DNA of 64,000 bases from Eledone cirrhosa (lineage: Eukaryota), in assembly GCA_964016885.1 (NCBI GenBank), contig OZ024740.1:364312001-364376000 (forward strand), written 5' to 3'. The notes under the pieces were generated by a model. The model saw only the letters and a program-made list of their open reading frames with translations. It had not been told where the DNA came from and did not search any database. Positions within the stretch are counted from its first letter, which is position 1; every line of letters starts with the position of its first letter. Below are positions 49,520 through 62,600 of the stretch, piece after piece. A program made the position numbers and the translations under genes.

Positions 49520-51040
49520 AATTTACAGAATGTAATAGGTGCCTTTTATTGTGGTATTACTACTTTTTAGAGGGGATTGAGTGTGCTTATCATGGCACCA
49601 ACAACAACCACTTTGAAGAGTGTAATGTGTGTATTTCATTGTGGCACTAGCACTCTTCATAGTTTACTGTGTACATTTCATTATGGCACCTATACTACAT
49701 TTTATTGTGACAGCTGCACTGCCACTTTACAGGGAATATTGAGTGCATTTTAACAAGACACCTGCACTACCACTTTTGATAGTGTACTATGTACAGTTTA
49801 TCATGATGCCAGCACTTCCACTTTACAGAGAGTGTAATGTGTGCATTTTATTGTGGCACCAGTACTACTACTTTATAGAGTGTATAGTGTGCATTTTATT
49901 GTGGCACCAGTACTACTACTTTATAGAGGGTATAGTGTGCATTTTATTGTGGCACCAGTACTACTACTTTATAGAGTGTATAGTGTGCATTTTATTGTGG
50001 CACTGGCACTACTACTTTATAGAGTGTATAGTGTGCATTTTATCATGGCACCAGTACTACTACTTTATAGAGTGTATAGTGTGCATTTTATTGTGGCACC
50101 AGTACTACTACTTTATAGAGGGTATAGTGTGCATTTTATTGTGGCACCAGTACTACTACTTTATAGAGTGTATAGTGTGCATTTTATTGTGGCACCGGCA
50201 CTACTACTTTATAGAGTGTATAGTGTGCATTTTATCATGGCACCAGTACTACTACTTTATAGAGTGTATAGTGTGCATTTTATTGTGGCACCGGCACTAC
50301 TACTTTATAGAGTGTATAGTGTGCATTTTATCATGGCACCAGTACTACTACTTTATAGAGTGTATAGTGTGCATTTTATTGTGGCACCGGCACTACTACT
50401 TTATAGAGTGTATAGTGTGCATTTTATCATGGCACCAGTACTACTACTTTATAGAGTGTATAGTGTGCATTTTATCATGGCACTAGTACTACTACTTTAT
50501 AGAGTGTATAGTGTGCATTTTATCATGGCACCAGTACTACTACTTTATAGAGTGTATAGTGTGCATTTTATCATGGCACCAGTACTACTACTTTAGAGTG
50601 TATAGTGTGCATTTTATTGTGGCACCAGTACTACTACTTTAGAGTGTATAGTGTGCATTTTATTGTGGCACCAGTACTACTACTTTATAGAGTGTATAGT
50701 GTGCATTTTATTGTAGCACCAGTACTACTACTTTATAGAGTGTATAGTGTGCATTTTATTGTAGCACCAGTACTACTACTTTATAGAGTGTATAGTGTGC
50801 ATTTTATTGTAGCACCAGTACTACTACTTTATAGAGTGTATAGTGTGCATTTTATTGTAGCACCAGTACTACCACTTTACTGAGTGTAATGGGGGTATTT
50901 TATCATGGCACTAGCACTACCACCTTACAGAGTAATTTGTGCATTTTATTATAGCACCTACACTATCACTTTACAGAGTGTACTGGGTGTATTTATCATG
51001 GCACCCGCACTAACACTTTACAGAGTGTACTGGGTGTACC
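49520..51040. repeat. 48-bp minisatellite: 21 near-identical core units at 49871-50874 with degenerate flanking units
   Basis: Unit CTTTATAGAGTGTATAGTGTGCATTTTATTGTGGCACCAGTACTACTA, no spacers; antisense to the repeated unit in the RTE 3'UTR; RTE-type tail at 49403-49520. Confidence 0.95.
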
Positions 51041-52260
51041 ACACGGGTTAATATGATACACGTTGACAATTTTACTCTCTATATTTGTAATTCTCTTTTC
51101 AATAATATACAAATGACATGTTATTCCCATATTGTTGTTGTTGTGGTTGTGGTGGTGTCTTTCATTTAAAAGTTTATCTCTTAATCTGGGTCCTTCATGT
51201 TAGTAGTAGCTACTAATAATACATTTCTTCCTTATACAACCTTGTCTAATATTAGTTTCTAATACTAAAGTACATTTACTGTTACAGAAATGCTTTCCAG
51301 CAATTGCAACTCTTTCTTTTTGTTTACTAAGTCCTATCAAGCTCTGATATCCCTGAATAGAAACACATTTAGTTTTGTTGTTAGATTATTGTTTTTTTGT
51401 TTTGTTTTGTTTTTTTCCTGCTCTTATCTATCTTTCTATTCTTATTTCCCTCTGGATATTATGTTGTCAAGTAAGATTTGCACTCTTCTCGATTTATAAG
51501 AACACCAGCTTCAATTTCATGTCTTACTAACTGATAATTCTGGATCTAAAAGAAAGACCACCAGCTCCAATTTCATGTTTTACTAAACAGATAATTTTAT
51601 TTATTCTCTAATTCAAGTCATTCACTCTCAGAAATGAATATTTCTAACACCCCCTCCTCCCTACATTCTGGTTATTTTAAAGTACTCAGCTATTTATGTC
51701 CCCAGCTAGCTGTCATAATTTCAATGTTCACAGTGAAGTGACTAGTTTTTTTTTGGGGGGGGGGGGGGTGATTAAATTTGTTTTTGTTTTGTATTTAGGA
51801 GGCTCTCACATTTAAAGGACCCCCCCCCTCTAAAATAAATGTGTAGCTAGTTGTCAATATTTGTTATACTTCATTTCATATGTATTCTTTCTAGTAAAAC
51901 ATATTGTAATCCCTATTATTAGTTAGCTTAGTATCCATCTCACTATATAGCCATTAACTTCACAGATCTGCTCAATATTGAGATAACATGTCTAAAAAAT
52001 GAACATTGCAGAGGTTGTCATGACTCTGACAGAACTGAAGAGTTTTACAAACCTTTCAGTATATATACTTCAGTTTATATTAAATTGTGTAATTAAGCAG
52101 CTGGAATATATGATAAATTCATATCTGTACTGAACATATACAGTAAAAGATTAACCAAGACTTCATGAATGGTGAAAGTGTATATAGACTTACACATTGT
52201 CAGATTTATATGTTTCCCTAAAGATTGAAATAATGATCAACACCCTTAATTGATTCTTAA

Positions 52261-53471
52261 CCCTTTACCATTTCAATTACTCTATATATACTATAGTATT
52301 GTCACAGTAAAAGCTTTATCTTACATAATTATCTCACATAATATCGAATCTATGAGATTTTGATATTATTTTCTTTTTTTAGAACAATATCTTAACATTG
52401 GTATGAGGGACTGGTTATGGTCAGTTTGAACTGAAAGAGGTGAGAGAATTCTGGCCAGATATGGATTAAACCCTATTCGGGCCTTATCAAAGAATCACTA
52501 TCACTATCATTTAATGTCCATATTTCACTCTTGCATAGGTTGTCATGTTATGAGACAAGCCAGGTCAGTTGACCATGTTTTGCTCATATAGATCTGTATT
52601 TGGTTTGGTTTCTACATTTGGATGTCCTTCCTAATGCTAACTATGTTATAGTGTAGACTGGGTGTTTTTTTGTCATTGCACCAAATTAACTGTCTAGCAG
52701 GGTGGACTGTGTTGTTTTTCATCATGTTACCAGCACAACCACCTTACAGGGTGGACTAGGTGCTTTTTGTTGTGTCACCAGCATGACCACTTTACAAGGT
52801 GGACTGGGTGCTTTTTACTCATGTCACCACCACAACAATCTTAAAAGTTGGACTGAGTACTTATTTTTCTTGTGTCACCAACACACAAAAAAAAAAAATA
52901 AGTCAACCAGTTCACCCTGTTAGGTGTTTGTGCTGTACATTAAACAATCGCAATAAGATACATAATTGAAGGCTTTATAAACCCTATCAAATACAGTAGT
53001 ATTACTGTAATGGACCTACTAATTTGCATATTACTATGTAATATAGTATACAACAAGCATTTTACCTCACTACAGCAGGAGTTTGTTTTGTAAGTCCCAT
53101 AGCAGGCTTTATGCTCATCATAGGGGTAATTGCTTTACAGTTATATTATTAAATTCCTCTAATTTTTCAATTACAATGGAACTTTTTGGTAATAAATCTA
53201 ATTTGTTCCAGAACTTCATTCGTTACCACATTAATTATGATATATATGTATTTAACCCTTTAACATTTAAACTGGCTGTATCTGGCCAAAATTCTCTCAT
53301 CTCTTTCTGTTCAAACTGGTTGTAACCAACCCCTCATACTAATGTTATGGTATTGTTCTAAAAGAACATATCAAAATCTCATAGATTAGATATTATGTTA
53401 GATAATTATGAGATAGGGCTTTTACCATGAAAATACAATAGTAAATATAGTGTAATGTAAATGCTAAAGGG
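52261..53471. mobile_element. Two oppositely oriented MITE family 1 copies (52261-52470 plus; 53256-53471 minus) flanking an RTE-tailed SINE remnant
   Basis: TTAA-CCCTTTA termini and family body sequence. Confidence 0.85.
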
Positions 53472-53624
53472 TTAAGGACTATTTGTACTATGCCTTCAAT
53501 CAATACCAAAAGCTTACACATAGAAAATCACCATAAAAATTAGTAAAATCCAAATTATCAATAAATGTAAATGTATATAATAAATATTGTGTAATAATAG
53601 TGCAATAAGGTCTATAAATTGTAA

Positions 53625-54675
53625 TCTCTATATATAAAACTGAGGATGTCTGTCTGTGTTTGTGTGAGTTTGAATCTCTAAAACTCGAGAAGCACCCAAC
53701 TGACTGTTTTCAAACTTTACACATGTAATACTTATGTTTCAAGGAGTGTTCTGAGCAAAAAAATGTTCAATGCCCTAGGGACCGCATCAGGAGATTTAGC
53801 GATCTCTCTCTATAATTCTTAGTCTTTCTCTTTTTAGATAGATACATACAACGTTGCGCCCTTATAATATCTGTCTGTGTGTCTGACTGTCTGCATTATT
53901 TCCCACAATTCCCTCTGCGTCCAGAACGCGCCCTTATAATATCTGTCTGTATGTCTGCATTGCACTGGGCATGTCAATGTATGGCTGTTAAACGGACCGC
54001 GAACGCATTCTGATTCATTCTAAAGGCTACCAGTGGAAGCAACCGTAACACCCCCCTTCAAATGTCAGAGAACACAGTCAAAGTCACTATTAAGGGCTAC
54101 AAGTGAATGCTCACATGGCCCTTTTTAGGGCCACCACTTGAAATTGTTGATGGTTACCCCTCCTTACTGGGGTGTCAGTGAACGGCTTACACGGCCCTTT
54201 TAAGGGCCCTTGAAATAGCTGATGGCGACCCTTTTGTTTAGGGCTGCCAGTGAACTCACACACACCTCGGGGCCCATTTTATTGCACCATTCCTCTCTAA
54301 ATTTGTTAGATTATACCCACAGTTTGGTAAACATTTGTCCAGTTGCGTTTACTTACTAAGGTGCGGTGGACTCCTTAGAGAAGGCTCCACATGCTGTCCG
54401 ATTTCACATCATGCCTTGCTCAAGCATTGCAGACTTCCCTCTGACATAAGTGGTGACATCTGTCCCGCTGACTCATGATACTTTATTAAAGTACAAAAGC
54501 ACCAAGCCGATTTTCTCCACGTGGAAGGAGAAGCATACCTAATACTAATTGCATCAGAGTATTCGGTTTATTTTCTTTACATATTGTCGAGGCATGCAGT
54601 TTTCCACGATTAGGTCTGTTGGCGGCCCACGTTCCAAAATACCTTATCCCATGAAACGCTGGGTACCAGTGCTAG
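53625..54675 (+). mobile_element. Non-autonomous Helitron, about 1.05 kb
   Basis: 5' A|TCTCTATATATAAAAC with (GTCT)n; 3' CCCATGAAACGCTGGG then CTAG|T; inserted between A and T without TSD; internal tandem duplications. Confidence 0.82.
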
Positions 54676-54806
54676 TAATAAACAGGAAGAAACTGCTTTC
54701 AATTTATCATTGTTTACTTTCATTTTGTTTTATTTGATCCTCATTAACAGAAGAGTGTAAACAAAGGAAAATAATTCAACACTTAATATGCATCATTATT
54801 GTTTTT

Positions 54807-54991
54807 GCGGTGGATTGGCAGTATCGGTAGAGGGTCGGACACCATGCTTTGACGCATAGAGTTACGGCCCTTGCCATTCTGAGTTCACATCCCGCCAAGG
54901 TTAACTTTGCTTCTCATCCTTACGGGGTCGATAAAACAAAGTACCAGTAATACACTGGGTAATTGCTGGCCTTGTGCCAAAAGTAGAAACA
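54807..54991 (+). mobile_element. Full-length young SINE
   Basis: TSD ATTATTGTTTTT / ATTATCGTTTTT (54795-54806, 54992-55003). Confidence 0.9.
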
Positions 54992-55144
54992 ATTATCGTT
55001 TTTACGTTGACTTTTCCATGCTGGCATGTGTTGTATGGATATTTTTGAAGCAATGTTTTACAGCCAGATGCCCATCTTGACACCAATCCATTTAGTTACT
55101 TCTTATGATATGCAGAAATATGATTTATCTATTTTAAACTGGAT

Positions 55145-55179
55145 ACACACACGCACGCACGCACGCACACACACACACA

Positions 55180-55211
<32 letters not shown>

Positions 55212-55252
55212 CACACGCACGCACGCACGCACACACACACACACACACACAC
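55145..55252. repeat. Compound (CA)n/(CACG)n microsatellite
   Basis: Alternating blocks read directly. Confidence 0.93.
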
Positions 55253-56294
55253 TGTATGAGCGAGCTCAAACGACTTTTCATTATGGGCATAACTATAGTT
55301 TTGTGTCCTCTCAAATTTCTTTCCTCATAATTTTTACTTTTCATGTCCTGTATGACATGAAACCCCATTAGCAAGGCATTCTTGAGAAGTACACAACATC
55401 ACTATAATTGCTTCACATAAACTTAGAAGTCTTTTACTTTATTCTACTGCATATTTTCCCAAAGATCTGTCCAGTAGTAAAGGTACTATAAACATTTGAA
55501 TTAAAAGATATTTCCTGCTAAATCATTATAGGATGTTAAGAATTAACAATGCATATATTCTAAGGCAATTTTACAGAAATATGTTTTCAAAGATTTATAT
55601 AATGATCATGTTGAAATTTAAAAGAAAAAAAATTGAAGTAGTTTTTTTTTTTTAAATTTATTTATTTATTTATTTTTCCAATTCATTTATTTATTTTTCC
55701 AATTCCAATTCATAGTTGTAGAAATGATATTTTGTGCCCGTAGAAAATCTGTGACATTATCTTGATTGATATTATTCATTATCAACATGAAATTGGAATG
55801 TGTGGTGAAACATTTCTGAGTTTATGTTTAGCCTAGGAAAATTAAAGCATTAACAAATGGAACTAAAAATAATAATCCTGTTTTATAAAAATTTCATCAT
55901 CATAATCACAATCTACATCATTGAAAACATATCTTTAGCAAATTTCATGAAAAAAGAATATTCATTCTTAAGAAAGTTATGAGGGAAAATATTTTAGTGG
56001 GGGTGGAAGCATTATACTGTAATTATGCTGTACTTCCTTAGTTTTACATTTGTCAGTTTTGTATGAAAATCGTCTATTGACACGATTTTATTCATTACCA
56101 AATTTAGGGGAAAGCATCTGTTACTATGATTTTCATGACCATAGATGTCCATTAGCAAAGTGACCACTGTAACTCCAAAATTATTTGAAAATCATAAGCA
56201 GTCTTTCATTAGAAATATGGTAATGAAAGGGTTAAGAACAACTTGGAAGTTATAAAACCTGACAAATTCATCATTGAACTCTATTGTATTAGAT

Positions 56295-56538
56295 CAGAGG
56301 TTCTCAAAGTGGTCGCTACCACCCCTCAGGGGGGCGTTGAGAAGGTCCGGGGTGTGCTGGGCCTTAGTAATAGTATATTAAATATCAAATTATATACAAA
56401 TTAGCGATTTTATTTATTATATATTATTTACAATTTATGTGTAGGCAGGTCTCTTTGTAAATAGGGTTGGGAGGGGGGGATGAGGGCATTACATGGCCGT
56501 GAGGGTGGCGCTGGCTTCAGAAAGTTCGGGAACCTCTG
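56295..56538. mobile_element. hAT (Charlie-like) MITE, 244 bp
   Basis: TIRs CAGAGGTTCTCAAAGT / AAGTTCGGGAACCTCTG; perfect 8-bp TSD TATTAGAT (56287-56294, 56539-56546). Confidence 0.92.
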
Positions 56539-57099
56539 TATTAGATGAAGCAATGCTAAATGAACTGACCAGCTGTGAAAGGACACAAACTTACTGCTGC
56601 CCTATTTAAACAGTTTTTGGGTGTGTCAAGTTTTGTAAATGTGACTGCATGTTGAGAGGCAGGTTGTAAATTTGGTATGAGTTGCTGAATGGATTTTCTC
56701 ATTTAGTTAGACTTAATTATATAATTGAATTGAGCTGGTATTTATTATATTGTATAATTTACTACTATCAAGTAACTGGTTTGGAAGTATGTGTGTGTGC
56801 ATGCGTGCGTCTGTGTGCAAATGTGCGAAGTTGGCAACTGATTTAGTGAAAACCACGTAGAAGTACAGGAAAGGATGGGCAAAAGACAAGATTGCTTTGA
56901 CACAAAGATGGTGATATGGAGGGGACAAAACAACTCCTGATTAACTGTTCGAAATAGATGTACACATTTTCAATCCCTGCTGACTACTACTGGTCTATTC
57001 AGAGGCACAACATCTAAGAAGATAGTTAAACACTAACTTGAGTATTTTAAAGGGTGTGGAATGATTGATATATATATACTCTTTTATATATATATAAAA

Positions 57100-57455
57100 G
57101 AGTAATGGGCCCCTTTGGTCATGAATGACCATGAGTTTTGCACATAGAAAGTCTCCCCTTAGAAAGTCTCCCCTCCCCACCAAGAAACAGGCTTGGGCAA
57201 AGTGTTTTTGTGGAAGACCAGCAGTCAACCTTGCATACCAGTCTCTTCATACCCCCAATCTATACCAAAAGAAAGACAAAGACCAATACAGCTTGGCACC
57301 AATATCGTTGCAACTCATTTCTTCAGCGGAGTGAACTGGAGCAATGTGGAATAAAGCGTCTTGCTCAAGGAGACAATATATTGCCTGATCTGGGAATCAA
57401 ACTCACAATCTCACAATTGTAAATTCAACTCTGTATCCACTAAACCATGGGCCTT
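57100..57455 (-). mobile_element. Full-length tRNA-derived SINE, second family
   Basis: Minus: TGGTTTAGTGG head, GAGTTTGATTCC B box, CCTTGAGCAAGAC core, tail ACTGCTGGTCTTCC..ATGGTCATTCATGACC. Confidence 0.75.
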
Positions 57456-58619
57456 CATACACACATACTTAATTTCTTCCAGGTGTCTGTCAAATTCACT
57501 CATGGCCATTTTCATTTGTAGTTCCTTTAATGACTATCATATGACTGGGGCCTCTCTCATTAAAACACCCAAGAACTTTCCAATGAGTTGCAACATTATA
57601 GGAGACCTGCTAAACCTATGATAGGTAAGAACCACATCAGCAAGTAGGACAAAGCCATGAAGGTGGGTGGAGAATCATGAACAAGGAAACTCCAGAGCTG
57701 TTGGTATTTTATCGTTGCAGATGCATGTGATACCCCAACCATTACAAATATAATGACCACCCCTTCAGATCCAAGATTTGTGATCTATATTGCAGAAGCT
57801 ACATTCACAGTGAAGCTTCATAGTGGCATTGGGATTGTGGATTTACTAATATAACTATTGTCACTGTGGGAAAGATATATCAGATGATATGAGTGATCCA
57901 AGATGATGGGTATCTCTTCCCAGCTACAGAAGACTGCAGGAAATCCAGTATCAGAAATAACTGTATGTTGACTGCCACACTTTATTTTTTCTCAAATTTC
58001 CCTCTCCTAGCCTTTATTCTCTTGGCTTCACCGACAAGGCAATGCAGTCATGTCACTCTCATTATGGCTAAGAAGCCCTATTTTCTCCTCTCCTTGACAA
58101 ATGCCCTGGCAAGAACTAGGGGTCCATCACACCCAATGTGGGCTTACAGCATGCTCATTCACCTTCTTCAGTATTTCTACCCATGAATAAAAGTGTGACT
58201 GAGTATTTCACAGACTCATCTTTATTGTAATTCAGAAGCTGAATCAGCACAACACTGTGTGTGACAAGGCTGAACTTTTGAATTACAGGTACAACCCATC
58301 AGAAGAGCTTCCACATAATTTCTGTCTACCCATTTTTTTTACTCACAATGCTTGGGTCGACCCATGGTTATGATAATGACATTTGCCCAAAATGCCACTC
58401 AATAGGATTGAACCTGGTACCTCATGATTGTGAAGTGAAACTTCTTGACCATTCAGCCATACCTGCAAGACATGTAGTACATGAGTGGCTATTGTGACAT
58501 ATTTTAGTCTTATTGAAATCATTGAAGCTACATCATATTGTCCAATTATAGTGTAGTGAAGGGAAAATTTATTAAAAATTGTTATTCAATAAAAGTTGGT
58601 CATGCTTTAGTTTTTATTC

Positions 58620-60320
58620 TTTTAACTCTCTTGATGATACAAATCTGTTTGTTTTAAAATGTTTATATATTTATAAAAAAAAAATTTATGTTCCAAACAT
58701 CAGCTTAATTATGAAGTTAATTATTTTACTAAACCCTTCTTGTCTATTTTTAAGATCAGTTGAAATACAGACATTGTGTTTCATTCTAAATATGGTCAGA
58801 ATAGGGTTAACCATTTTGATGCTCAAAACATTCCATTATAATTTTGTGTAAGAACATTTTCTATGTTCCCAACACTAATTTAATAATTATAAATTCTTGG
58901 TTGCTTTCACTGATTTGAAAACTATATGCAGAGTTCTTCATTAACAAAAGGGATAAAGCAACTAAATTTGTTTCATAGTAAAAACAGGACACACTTTTTC
59001 CCTTTTTGTTTATATAGCACTACATTATGCAATCAGTGTTTCATCTGTAACCATCCATTCCTTTGTTTAAAACATGCTCTATATAGACAGTATATTTAAA
59101 TGAAGGCAATGTGATCGCCATTTTAAGCATGTTAACCCTTACGTGACTAGAATTCTAACAAATTTCACTGTGTATGCATTTCAATTAATTTTGAAAATAA
59201 TTCTGAGGATTTATTAAAATAACTAATATTTTCATTTGTTACAACAAAATATTCTTGCATAATTATGATAGAAACTATTAATTTAATTATGAATAATTTA
59301 AAACTAGCAATCTTGGGTTATCCTAGAATGAGAGTCAGTTTCTGGTTGGTTATGATTGATTAACCCTTTCATTGTCATATTTCTAATGAAAGACACTGTC
59401 TATAGTTTTCAAATTATTTTGAAAATAATCAAGAATTTGGAGGGATTTAGTAATATAACCAGCTTTCTGGTAATATAACCAACAAGCTGGTGTTAGGAAC
59501 ATAGTTTTATGAAAGGTTTTTACATAAAATTATATTGGAATGGTTTAACTCTTTAGCATTTACATTACTCTATATTTACTATTGTATTTCCACAGTAAAG
59601 GCTTTACCTCACATAATTTTGAATCTATGAGATTTTTATATTTATTTTGAAAACAATACCTTAACATCAGTATGAGTGGCCAGTTACAGCCAGTTTGAAC
59701 TGAAAAAGGTGAGAGAATTCCTACTATATTCAGCCAGTTTAAACAAATTTAATCCTTTTCATTACTATATTTCTAATGAAAGATATTCCCTATGGTTTTC
59801 AAATAATTTTGAAAATAATCTGGAATTTGAAGGGATTTAGTAATATAACTTACTCATAATTAAGCTGTTGTTTGAAAGATAGCTTAACAAAGGTTCTTAC
59901 ATAAAATTATGATAGAACGTTTTTACATAAACTTAAGCATTGTATCCCTTTTGATACCAACCCACCCAAAAAGTTTCTATCAAACTTAATTACCTCTTTT
60001 AAATGGTTCATATTTAAATTAAAACCTTCCAACTTAATTTGATATTAGAACCTTTTATATTACAAATAACATCTTAACCCATTAAATGCATTTAAACTGG
60101 CTGTAACCGGCCACTCATATTGATGTTAAGGTATTATTCTTAAAATAAATAATATCAAAATCCTTTAGATTCAATATTATGTGAGATAATTATGTGAGGT
60201 AAAGCCTTTATTATGAAAATATAATAGTATATATAGAGTAATGTAAATGAAATAATATTTTGTGTAAATCTTTATTTAAAATACAATGACTTTCATTAGA
60301 AATATGACTGAGAAAGGGTT
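58620..60320. mobile_element. Pile-up of old family 3 TTAA MITEs with nested family 1 copies (59549-59744, 60078-60249)
   Basis: Repeated TTAACCCTTT..ATATTTCTAATGAAAGA..TTTGAAAATAATC..GGGATTTAGTAATATAAC blocks. Family 3 also occurs at about 13560-13850, 14640-14860, 31120-31375, 32700-32980, 45700-45905 and 49170-49400. Confidence 0.75.
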
Positions 60321-60764
60321 AAAACAACTGGCTTTCTAGTATAGAATTTTGGTGTGTTTGCTGAGAGATTTGCTGCTACATGAAGTAGGTTATATGATAA
60401 TGTAGAAAGCTCTCTTGTTGAGTTTGTGGCTCCCCAATAATAACATGGTATAATAATACTACAGATATCATGATATGTTTTGGAATTACATTTACAAATC
60501 TTGAGTACCTCTTCAAAACCAGACAATTTTTTTCAGTCAACTGTCAGATTTAAGCACACAACTAAATGTGTTTTTCCTCCAGGAAAGAAACACTAGTCAA
60601 ACTCAAGTGGATAACGTTACAGGGAAACTAGACTGCTTAACTGATAACTTCTGCTCCAGTTTAAACATAACATTCTCTCATCTGTTTTCCCTGCCACTCT
60701 ATTTCGTTGTTTAGATGTTGTTTCTGACTTCATATAAATTTTTAAGATGCTATACTCTGCATCA

Positions 60765-61225
60765 CTGTTGTCATCATCATCGTCACTGTCATCGTTTTTA
60801 CAGACATTTTCCCCTGCTTGCATGGGTCAGCCAAGTTCTCTCCACTATAACATCTCCCTATTTCTTTCTTTCTTTGGTCATCGGCTTTGTGAAACTCAGT
60901 TCTTTTAGGTCAGTTTTTACCACTTCTGTCAATGTCTTTCTTGGTCCTACTCTTCCACAGCTTCGAACATCTAGCACTTCTTCAGCCAACAACAACATCA
61001 TCATCATACTTTACCATGTTAGCATGGGTTGGACAAATCTTTTCTGGCATAGCCTCCCCCACACTTGTGTTTCTTAGTCATCTCCTCTGTGAGATTCAGC
61101 ATATTGAGATATGCTCAGACCACTTTTCCTTGGTCTTCCTCTACTGTAGCTTCCTCCCACATGGAACTATTGAAATATTTTCATCCAATAGCCATCATTC
61201 ATGGTTATTACATGTCAACAACAAC
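60765..61225 (-). mobile_element. Two old RTE 3'-end fragments in tandem
   Basis: Minus: GRVGPRKTLTEVVKTDLKELSFTKPMTK..ERTWLTHA running directly into ACCCATGCAAGCAGGGGAAAATGTC..(GAT)n; a second similar piece at about 60998-61225. Confidence 0.7.
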
Positions 61226-61340
61226 TAAGATATAATTATTCCACTGTTCTGTTAATTGAACAACTCTAACACTTATTATTGAAACCAATGGAGATCCATT
61301 CCATTACATATATTTCTTCTATACAGACATTTTACTGTAA

Positions 61341-61560
61341 CCCTTTAGCATTTAAACTGGCTTTATCCGGCCAGAATTCTCTCACCTCTTTCTATTCAAA
61401 CTGCCATAACCGGCCGTTCATACCGACGTTAAGGTATTGTTCTCAAAATAAATAATATCAAAATATTGTAGATTCAGTGTTATGTGAGATAATTATATGA
61501 GGTAAAACCTTTACTGTAAAAATACAATAGTAAATATAGAGTAATGTAAATGCTAAAGGG
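61341..61560 (-). mobile_element. MITE family 1 copy
   Basis: Both TIRs intact. Confidence 0.9.
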
Positions 61561-62600
61561 TGAATTTATTGAAAAAGTTTATTATTTTGTAAATTTTTCT
61601 TCACTTTCTCACCACAACATGTCTCCATCTTTTGGCATATGACAAATACTAAAAGGGTTTATTTCAGTTTAAAAGGGGACCAGCCAAATTAAAATTTAAC
61701 TTTACACATTACAGAAATCTTTTTGCTTTAGTGAAAAATGTTTTATTTTTCATTTAGTTTATTCAGTTTTGTTTCCCAAGTTTTGTAATTCTAGTCTCTG
61801 GCAAACACAGATTTGAAAAGAAGTGGGAGGTTGGGTTGTTATGTAACATAAACAGTTTACTTTCTGCTAGTGTCAATGCAGTGTAGAAAAGATATATATA
61901 TATATAGGTCATTTGGAATTTCTTTTTTTTTTTTTTTTTTTTTTTTTTTGTTACATTATCAGTAGTATTTACTTATTCAAAGCAAGAAAAATCTTTTTTA
62001 TCAATATCATTTCTAACTAACTAGCTGTTTTATATTTAATTTTCTTTTCAATCAACATTTTCCAAATTTTCAAACTTTCATTTTTAACATCTATTCTATT
62101 CTGAAAATTAGATTATCGAAATATTTTTCTGATTAGAATAAGTTATTTGAAAACTGTATTCCAATAAGTTCTTTTAATTGTGTTATCCAAGAGTAATATA
62201 TTGCAAATATAGAACATTGCCACCAATGTAAAACAAATGGCTTTATTCTCTTATAAAAGTAATTATTCCCCAGAGGAAACTTTTCTTTTTATTACAGCAG
62301 CCTTTTCATAAACATTGTTTAATTGTACTGGGAGTTTTTAATTTCTCTGAGTTTTTCTTGATAATGGAATGCCTTGAAATGGCACCACTATTTCTACTGT
62401 CCCAGTATGAATTTCTGTTTAATCCCATTCTTGCGATATTGCTAATGAAATACACCCACCACATGCTTCATTTAATCTTTAAAATAAGACTTACTAAGAT
62501 TTCAGTAAAATATATATATATATATTTTTCATTTTATGATGTTTGGAGCATAACTTAAAAGGTTTCTGAGATAAATTTATGTTGGGGGGTTTTAATTTAA

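Noticed and set aside
49743-50883. CRISPR-like array or repeat-protein genes (247- and 251-aa ORFs)
   Set aside because: Contiguous 48-bp units with no unique spacers and no cas genes; the ORFs are open only because the unit is a multiple of 3 and lacks stops in two frames.
60583-60714. Possible exon after TTTTTCCTCCAG
   Set aside because: No convincing donor and no recognisable peptide.
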